Source: a bacterium (GTDB lineage Bacteria; Hinthialibacterota; Hinthialibacteria; Hinthialibacterales; Hinthialibacteraceae). From it: a DNA stretch of 12,224 bases. The stretch is taken from contig JBHGBC010000174.1 in the NCBI GenBank assembly GCA_041946805.1, positions 1-12,224 of the forward strand, given 5' to 3'. The notes below the pieces were generated by a model. It searched no databases and was not told where the DNA came from. It saw nothing but the letters and a program-made list of their open reading frames with translations. A program made the position numbers and the translations under genes. Positions 1-6,287 of the stretch are shown piece by piece (the stretch's first letter is position 1; each line of letters starts with the position of its first letter).

Positions 1-177
1 TATTATTTCGACCGGCCCGAAGTGGTGGCCGATTTCGATCAGGATGGCATCTCCGATCTCATGCTGATGGCGTTTTCCGCTCAGCCGGATACGAGCGTCA
101 TCGGCCGGCCATTGGGGTTCGCGGGAATTCACTCGGAAACGATAGTTCCGGATTGGAGAATGAACGATTCAAGATAA
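1..177 (+). CDS. 3' end of a gene entering the window; FG-GAP/VCBS-repeat (DxDxDG) protein, probably secreted
   Basis: Frame 1 is open from base 1 to TAA at 175-177: YYFDRPEVVADFDQDGISDLMLMAFSAQPDTSVIGRPLGFAGIHSETIVPDWRMNDSR*. VADFDQDGISDL fits the FG-GAP/VCBS consensus (D-F-D-x-D-G-x-x-D-L). It is absent from the ORF track because it is partial. Confidence 0.75.
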   Translation, partial: YYFDRPEVVADFDQDGISDLMLMAFSAQPDTSVIGRPLGFAGIHSETIVPDWRMNDSR

Positions 178-284
178 AGATCATGGATTTGAGGTTCTTC
201 CGGTAAGTACATACATAATGGTAAAAATGGTATTGCATCTCATTGATGGTATGGGTGGACATCAAGATCCGCCCCTGCTAAATT

Positions 285-317
285 CACTCACTCTAACTCT
301 CTCCCAAAGGGAGAGGG
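285..317. repeat. BoxC-like palindromic intergenic repeat unit
   Basis: CACTCACTCTAACTCTCTCCC-AAA-GGGAGAGGG closely resembles the widespread CCCTCACCCTAACCCTCTCCC-n-GGGAGAGGG element. Stem 297-305/309-317 (9 bp with one G-U), loop AAA. Single copy in this window. Confidence 0.6.
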
Positions 318-411
318 AATTCGGGGGTTGAACTTCCCGACAGGCCCGATGGAAGAACGGCCGGACATGCTTGAAAAAAAGTACGCAATTAACGGATGAG
401 CCTCATGTACC

Positions 412-433
412 GGATGAATTGGAAATTTCATCC
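412..433 (-). terminator. Hairpin just downstream of the operon's last stop codon (possible terminator or 3' stabilising stem)
   Basis: GGATGAA (412-418) and TTCATCC (427-433) form a perfect 7 bp inverted repeat 4 nt after the TAG at 438-440. No adjacent U-tract; the nearest minus-strand U-run is 374-380. Confidence 0.3.
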
Positions 434-437
434 TGCC

Positions 438-3400
438 CTACTCTCTATCGTTCGAATGATCCGGATGTAAATAACGATCCAGCCAGACGAACGCTTCTTC
501 CTGCATGTCCCGGTTAAACTCGTGGGGAACCGGCCATATCTTGGTAACCAAGCGATCGTCCGCCTGCTGCGATTGCCATACCATCCGCATTTTGCGGTAG
601 GCTTCCCGCACCCCGGCCACCGGAAAAAGGGCATCCTGATCCCCATTGTAAAACAGCATGGGTTTGGGACACGCGATCGAGGCGACGTCCGGATAGTCCA
701 ACTCATTCCGCAAGCCGGGATGAATCATGGAAAACGCGGAATAGCCCTTGGTTTGATTGTTGCCCGGTTTCATCAAGGTGGCCGTGTCTCCCAGCCAGCA
801 AATCGCCGCTCCCGCAAGGACCCGGTCCGTGGCCGCCGCCAGGTTCCACGTTCGATGGCCCCCCATGGAAAGCCCCATCGCGCCGACGCGGGCCGGATCC
901 ACTTCCGGCAGGCCCGCCACCAACTCCGCGCTGCGGATATCGTCCCAAACGATCGTGCCGGCCCAGGACATTCCCAACTGAAGCAGATTGGCGGCGAGCG
1001 CCTGCTGTGCTTCATATTGAACGCCTTCCAGCCTTCCCCGGTCTCCCCAGAACAACGCGTCCATGGCGAACACGACATAGCCCCGTTTCGCCAATTCGTC
1101 ACCAAAAAACCGGCCTCCATAATATTGATCGACCCATTGCCGCGCGTCCTCGGCGCGTTCCCGGGAAACATCGAAAGGCCGGACGACTTTTTCCTTGCCG
1201 ATGGAAAAGTGCGCGCCATGGTCGTGCAAGGCAATCACCGCGGGGAAGGGCCCTTTCCCCTTGGGAACCAATACATACGCGGGGACACGGCTGTAGGCCG
1301 AGACATTGAAAACGATTTTCCGGGCTTCATACGTTCCCCGGTCTTCTTTCGCGAGGACGGCTGGTTCGAAGGGGGCCCGGGGCGGGGGAGTCAATAAACT
1401 ATGCAAATATATTTCCCGCGCCCGTTCGCGCCACTCGGAATAGGACATCTTTCCGCTCGGATCGTAAGCCATCGGAAAGTCCATGGCTTGAACGCGGGAT
1501 TCATGAAACCGGGGCAGATCGCGCGCCATACCGTAACGGACCGACTGCGTGTCTGCCGGGACAGGAACCGGAGGGGAAGATTGCCATTGATTTACATCCC
1601 GCTGATATCGATCATGTAAATCATCCAATCGGCCTTGGAAAAGATATACACGCATACGCAGGATTGTGGGGCCTTCGTGCAACAAAAGAGTATTCCCCTG
1701 CGAATGAATGCAGCGGTGGGAGGCATTCGCGTTGTTGCAGATCGAGGACGAATGCTCGGTGGCGATGGACGCGATCCATTGTCCATCGCGGCTGACGGCG
1801 GCGATCAAGGGGACATCAGGACGTTGGCGTTGAATCGTCCGCCAGCCGGACTGGGCCATCTCCCCCGCCATTTCCGGAGATGGATTTCCTCGCGTATACA
1901 AGACATTGCGGCGGTTGCCGCCGGCCACGCTTCCCAAGGGAATCCAACGTCCCTCGGACACATAGTGGATACGGCTCATCAACTCCTCGTCTTCCCCTTC
2001 AAAGATCCCTTGTTTTAACTGCAGACAAGGGCCGATTCCCAGCGACGCGGGCATCCCTTCGGCGGATTTCGGCCAGACCGTATAAAAACAGTCCACGTAA
2101 TCCGCAGCAGGCAAAAATGCGGCGGTGAAATCAGCCTCCGGCCGGTTCAAGGTATAGGAGACCAGGCCGGATTCCGGATCGGTTTTCCAGGGGATTTCCA
2201 TACCGCCCAACTCGGCCTGACTGTATCCCAGGGAAGGAAATGTAATCCATTCCGGCGCCCATAACAGAAAACCGGTTTCGTGGGAATCCGGGTGCTCGAC
2301 GCGGAGAAACGAGCCTTGGGATTGAGGAATCAGGCGGAGCCGCCGGTCATCCAATCTTTGCAATACGGTTGCCAATGTAGGAGAAGCGCGAAACAGCCGC
2401 TCCAGGGGACGGCGTTGGGCGTAAGCCGATAGCACTTTTGTGAAATAAACCAATCCTTCGGGAGATGAACTCCCGGCTCCGATCCCGCCTTCCGTGTAAT
2501 CGCGGGAATAATCGCGGTCACTGAAATGGCTATAAAGATCATAAAATGTCTTGCCCTCGCGCAGGATGCCCCCGGCTTGCTCCCACGCGCCCAGTGAATG
2601 TAAAACCGTACCGGACTTGCGCCAGCCTAGAATGCGCAGCCGCAGGGTCCTTTCGATGGCGTCCAAGAGATGATCCCCATCATCCACCCCCCCATCAAAC
2701 AAGGGCAGCGCGTTGACCAACTGGGCGGCATGCTCCATGGATTGGCAGAGGATCATGCTGGGAGAACGGGGATGAGGATACCGCCACGCACCCAGCGCGT
2801 CTTGCGAATCCGCCATGAATCGAGCCACCGCCCGGACCGTCTCGCGCAGCCGGGATTCGTCCGGATTGGCTGTCACGAGTTCGGGCAATCCCGCCAGCCC
2901 GTATCCGATAATGTAAGGCTTGGCGAAGGGATGCCTATATTCCGCTTGGTCGTCCGCGATAAAAGGTATGTCCGTCTCGATGGGATCGCCTCCCTGGCTG
3001 AACAAATCGCCGGGAGAGAGCCGCGCGCGCAATTCACGGAACAGCCGCAGCGCCTGCTGGTGGTATCTTTCGTTACCCGTGAAGCGGTACAGGCGCATGA
3101 AATCCCGGACATCGCCGATATTCCGGCATTCCCCCTGATCGGCATGTACCCATTCCTCCGCGTAAGCGGTTTGGGACCGCAACGCCACCGCCATCCGGGG
3201 ATCGCCGGTCTCCTCAAAAGCATAAAAAAAGGAATCATATCCCTTCGTGCAGAAGTCGGAGGCAGAATCGGTCCGCCACATGTAATCCGAATTACCGGGG
3301 ACCTCCTGGCCCGCGGCAGCCGCGTTGTTGTACCGGGTTCCGCCAAATCCCTGCTTGCCGGGCTTGTCTCCCCACCATATCGACAAGTCATGAAAGTTGC

Positions 3401-4787
3401 CGCACCACAACAGCGCCGTGGCGCGCAAACGCTCATCGCCCGACCGGTAGTACTCTTCAAAAATCGGCGGGCAATGATTCAACCGGTTCATCCCATGGTC
3501 GGGAGCTTCGCCGAGATGGTTAAAGCCCGTGACGTTGCCGAAATCATCCCCAACGCGCGCCGAGCGCGCGATGGCGTCCCGGTGTCCGGCCGCGATGTCA
3601 TCCAAAATCGGCGCCGGGGACAGATCGGGTGGGAGGCCGGAATCATAAAGTGAATCGAAGAATTCGGCTCCGATGCGAATCGAATGCGGCGGTTCAAGCC
3701 ATGCCGTCCACATACATTGGCCTGGGCCCGCAATGACAAAGGCGGCGTTCCTCCAGGCGGTGTATTGATGAGGCACCTTTTCATCCGGGAGAGAGCGGTA
3801 ATAAACCACCTCGGAGAGTCTGTCATCCTGCCGGACGCGCAGCGATCCGCGGCGGGTGAAAGGCGCCCGGGGAAAAGACAGGATCTCCGGCCTGGCATGC
3901 AGGAAGGCGGAATCGCCGCCCTTGAATGATGATTCACTCCAATCGCTTTTCACCGATGATATCAAGGCTCCGACCTGTAACTCCGTGATGGCGGGACCTT
4001 CGATTCGCCAACCCAATTCCGGCGCGATAGCCTCGATTGGAGGAGTGGAATTATGATTTTGCAAATGAAGCTGCGCGGCCACCGTTCCCAGTGAATCCGC
4101 ACGGAGTTCCAGGATCCGGGGCCAGTGCCGATCGTACATCAGCCAACGGAGCCAGAGGTAATTTGGACTGCTTTCAATCACCTCCAGCGCGGGGGTTGAG
4201 CCGCTTACCCGCTCGGGCGCGATCCAGGTTGCCCGCCAAAACGGTTGATCCTTTCCCGTGATTTCGAGCCCTTGGCCGCGCAGAACTATCTCTCGATCGC
4301 CGATCACGCAATGAATGGATCCATCCTGTTCCTCCACCGGGGACGAGATCATCTTTGGGGGCGCGACTTGAAGAGAAAGTGTAAATAGGACCGGTTGAAG
4401 ATCGGTGAACGCGTAGGGAAAGGTTATAAGGGCACGCCGGACATATTTCGGCCGGCCGGGATGAAACGTCAGAACGCGAATGTCCGGAACCATGGTTTCC
4501 TCGCCGCGTTTGACCGCCAATCCCAGCTCGCCGGGGAACGATCCCGCGGGAAAGGGGAGCGAAACACGGACGAGTTGCGTTCCCGCCTTCGCGGGAATGA
4601 CCTGAAATTCGGGCAGACTCCCTCCCATCTGACTGACGGTCTCCTCCGCGGAGGCGGGGGAAATAAAACGGAACCGGTCCAGCCATCGTTCGGCATCATT
4701 CCCGTTTTCCGGATTCCCGGATAAAGCAACCGGGGGGAAAAAGAGACCAAAAATTATCCAAGAGAATAATTTCATGTTTCGTTGCAT
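438..4787 (-). CDS. Large secreted multidomain protein (~1449 aa): putative YetA/PcRGLX(PL26)-like module + unknown domain + C-terminal alpha/beta hydrolase (Abhydrolase_7/dienelactone hydrolase/acetyl esterase-like)
   Basis: Long uninterrupted ORF. Start reassigned from 4958 to ATG 4787 (alternatives GTG 4790, ATG 4775) because GGGAG lies just upstream, the overlap with the previous gene disappears, and a signal-peptide-like MQRNMKLFSWIIFGLFFPPVALS follows. C-terminal domain: PAVIALHDHG (HDHG 1215-1226), GLSMGG nucleophile elbow (858-875), NGDQD Asp (633-635), PHEF His (522-524). N-terminal half has VSLPFPAG and repeated toroid-type motifs YYRSGD, FEETGD and YRFTGN. The CDS and hydrolase calls are strong; the N-terminal family call is tentative. 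Confidence 0.85.
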   Translation of the reverse strand: MQRNMKLFSWIIFGLFFPPVALSGNPENGNDAERWLDRFRFISPASAEETVSQMGGSLPEFQVIPAKAGTQLVRVSLPFPAGSFPGELGLAVKRGEETMVPDIRVLTFHPGRPKYVRRALITFPYAFTDLQPVLFTLSLQVAPPKMISSPVEEQDGSIHCVIGDREIVLRGQGLEITGKDQPFWRATWIAPERVSGSTPALEVIESSPNYLWLRWLMYDRHWPRILELRADSLGTVAAQLHLQNHNSTPPIEAIAPELGWRIEGPAITELQVGALISSVKSDWSESSFKGGDSAFLHARPEILSFPRAPFTRRGSLRVRQDDRLSEVVYYRSLPDEKVPHQYTAWRNAAFVIAGPGQCMWTAWLEPPHSIRIGAEFFDSLYDSGLPPDLSPAPILDDIAAGHRDAIARSARVGDDFGNVTGFNHLGEAPDHGMNRLNHCPPIFEEYYRSGDERLRATALLWCGNFHDLSIWWGDKPGKQGFGGTRYNNAAAAGQEVPGNSDYMWRTDSASDFCTKGYDSFFYAFEETGDPRMAVALRSQTAYAEEWVHADQGECRNIGDVRDFMRLYRFTGNERYHQQALRLFRELRARLSPGDLFSQGGDPIETDIPFIADDQAEYRHPFAKPYIIGYGLAGLPELVTANPDESRLRETVRAVARFMADSQDALGAWRYPHPRSPSMILCQSMEHAAQLVNALPLFDGGVDDGDHLLDAIERTLRLRILGWRKSGTVLHSLGAWEQAGGILREGKTFYDLYSHFSDRDYSRDYTEGGIGAGSSSPEGLVYFTKVLSAYAQRRPLERLFRASPTLATVLQRLDDRRLRLIPQSQGSFLRVEHPDSHETGFLLWAPEWITFPSLGYSQAELGGMEIPWKTDPESGLVSYTLNRPEADFTAAFLPAADYVDCFYTVWPKSAEGMPASLGIGPCLQLKQGIFEGEDEELMSRIHYVSEGRWIPLGSVAGGNRRNVLYTRGNPSPEMAGEMAQSGWRTIQRQRPDVPLIAAVSRDGQWIASIATEHSSSICNNANASHRCIHSQGNTLLLHEGPTILRMRVYLFQGRLDDLHDRYQRDVNQWQSSPPVPVPADTQSVRYGMARDLPRFHESRVQAMDFPMAYDPSGKMSYSEWRERAREIYLHSLLTPPPRAPFEPAVLAKEDRGTYEARKIVFNVSAYSRVPAYVLVPKGKGPFPAVIALHDHGAHFSIGKEKVVRPFDVSRERAEDARQWVDQYYGGRFFGDELAKRGYVVFAMDALFWGDRGRLEGVQYEAQQALAANLLQLGMSWAGTIVWDDIRSAELVAGLPEVDPARVGAMGLSMGGHRTWNLAAATDRVLAGAAICWLGDTATLMKPGNNQTKGYSAFSMIHPGLRNELDYPDVASIACPKPMLFYNGDQDALFPVAGVREAYRKMRMVWQSQQADDRLVTKIWPVPHEFNRDMQEEAFVWLDRYLHPDHSNDRE

Positions 4788-4819
4788 CACGCCCTGATCT
4801 CCCACACATCCGATCCCGG

Positions 4820-6268
4820 TCAAACTTCCTCCACCACTTTCAATCCTGTCAGGTGGGCCAGGTGGCGGATCGTCTGGGTTTGGTCGCCATAGTAGGCCAC
4901 CCGGTGCAACGAGGCATAATAGTCTTCGGCGCTCGCGCCCAGGGCTCCACCGCCCCAATTGTCCAGCAGCTTCTCCGCGTCTTTTACCTCGGCCACGATT
5001 TCCGTCCGGCAGCCTCGCTCTTTGTCTTTGGGCACTTCGGGAACTTCAATGATCGTGCCGGTAAACATCAACAGCGTGTCCAGATGGACCAGTTTGGTGA
5101 ATGTAACTTGCTGTCCGATACGATAATGAACCTCGGTCACCGCGCCGCCACGGACTTCCGCATGCCGCCGGAGCCGGTAAGGCGCCTGGGGGCTCTCCGG
5201 GCCTTCCATCCGCAGGGGGGCCGAGCAGTGGGAGAGGTGAAACGCGTTCCTGGACGTATCCACGCCCGCCGCGTTGCCCAGAAAGCCAGGCCGGTTCAGC
5301 GCGTGCTGGAATATCAACATGGTCAGCAGGCAGTCCATGTCCCCATCGCAAGCGGCGGGAATTCCCCGGTCGTTAAGGCGTGAAAATCCCAGGCATGGAA
5401 AGCCGCGCTTCAGCCAGCTCATACAGGTCCCGACGCATAATCCATCCGCGCGGTTCTCCGCGATCAACCGGTTCAGTGTCAGGCTCGCTCGGGCCGCCAT
5501 GACCACATCCTCCCGGTTGGGTTCCTCGATACTTTCCGCCTCCTCGAGCCATACTTTTGCCACCGTTTCGGCTTCGGCCGCGTCTACCCTGTCCATAATC
5601 TGGTCATAGCGTCCATCGGCGATCTGGACAATTTCAACCCCCAGCCGTTCTTTCACCATTTCCGGCGCGTAAGACTCGGGAGTGCCTTTGAACGGCGGCG
5701 AAACCAGCACTCGGCTTCGCCGCAACAGCGGGATGACTCTCAGCAGCGCCGCGGCTCGTTCCAATTCGTCGTAGTTGGTCGTGTTGAACAGCGTGATCCG
5801 GTGGCCCTCCTCACGCCACGGCTTCACCAGGCACCAGTCATGCCCGCCCACGACCGGGAGATGAAACAAGGCCACCGGCCGGTTCTGTTGAAAGATCGCC
5901 GGCATGACACTTTTCGGGCCAAAGATATCCGCGCTGATGACCAGCACGGGAGCATCGGGACCCGCCGTGGCCAGCAACGCGGTGGCCTGCTCGGGATTGT
6001 TGGCCTGGCCGATAACGAATTCCACGTTGCCCAGGTTCTTCTCCGCCTTTTCCAGGCGCATCCGCGCGGCCGTGATTTCCGTTTCCGACGGACACCAACT
6101 CCGTTCCCCCGGATTTCCGGCCATGATCACGCCAATCCGGACTTTCGATCCCGCGGCGGACGAGGCGCCCGACGCCTCGCTTTTCAATGCCAAGTGACCT
6201 GTGGCCAGCGCGATTCCACTGACCGCGCCAATCCCAACAAACTGCCGCCGAGTGCAATGTGTACACAT
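4820..6268 (-). CDS. Tat-signal L-fucose/L-arabinose isomerase-like protein (FucI/AraA superfamily), 482 aa
   Basis: N-terminus MCTHCTRRQFVGIGAVSGIALA carries a twin-arginine motif and hydrophobic stretch. Superfamily-type motifs: FPCLGFSRLNDRGIPAACDGD, LSHCSAP, CRTEI, LHRVAYYGD. AAAGGGG RBS upstream; 19 nt from the upstream stop. Substrate unknown. Confidence 0.8.
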   Translation of the reverse strand: MCTHCTRRQFVGIGAVSGIALATGHLALKSEASGASSAAGSKVRIGVIMAGNPGERSWCPSETEITAARMRLEKAEKNLGNVEFVIGQANNPEQATALLATAGPDAPVLVISADIFGPKSVMPAIFQQNRPVALFHLPVVGGHDWCLVKPWREEGHRITLFNTTNYDELERAAALLRVIPLLRRSRVLVSPPFKGTPESYAPEMVKERLGVEIVQIADGRYDQIMDRVDAAEAETVAKVWLEEAESIEEPNREDVVMAARASLTLNRLIAENRADGLCVGTCMSWLKRGFPCLGFSRLNDRGIPAACDGDMDCLLTMLIFQHALNRPGFLGNAAGVDTSRNAFHLSHCSAPLRMEGPESPQAPYRLRRHAEVRGGAVTEVHYRIGQQVTFTKLVHLDTLLMFTGTIIEVPEVPKDKERGCRTEIVAEVKDAEKLLDNWGGGALGASAEDYYASLHRVAYYGDQTQTIRHLAHLTGLKVVEEV

Positions 6269-6287
6269 ATCTTATCGCCCCTTTCTA

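Noticed and set aside
522..3653. Long plus-strand ORFs (522-1397, 2670-3653) and other shadow ORFs inside the operon
   Set aside because: They are antisense or off-frame to a well-supported GC-rich gene, are Arg/Pro/Gly-rich and show no recognisable motifs.
4788..4958. 57 aa N-terminal extension of the large ORF (track start 4958)
   Set aside because: It overlaps the isomerase-like gene by 139 nt and is low-complexity; the RBS and signal peptide point to a start at 4775-4790.
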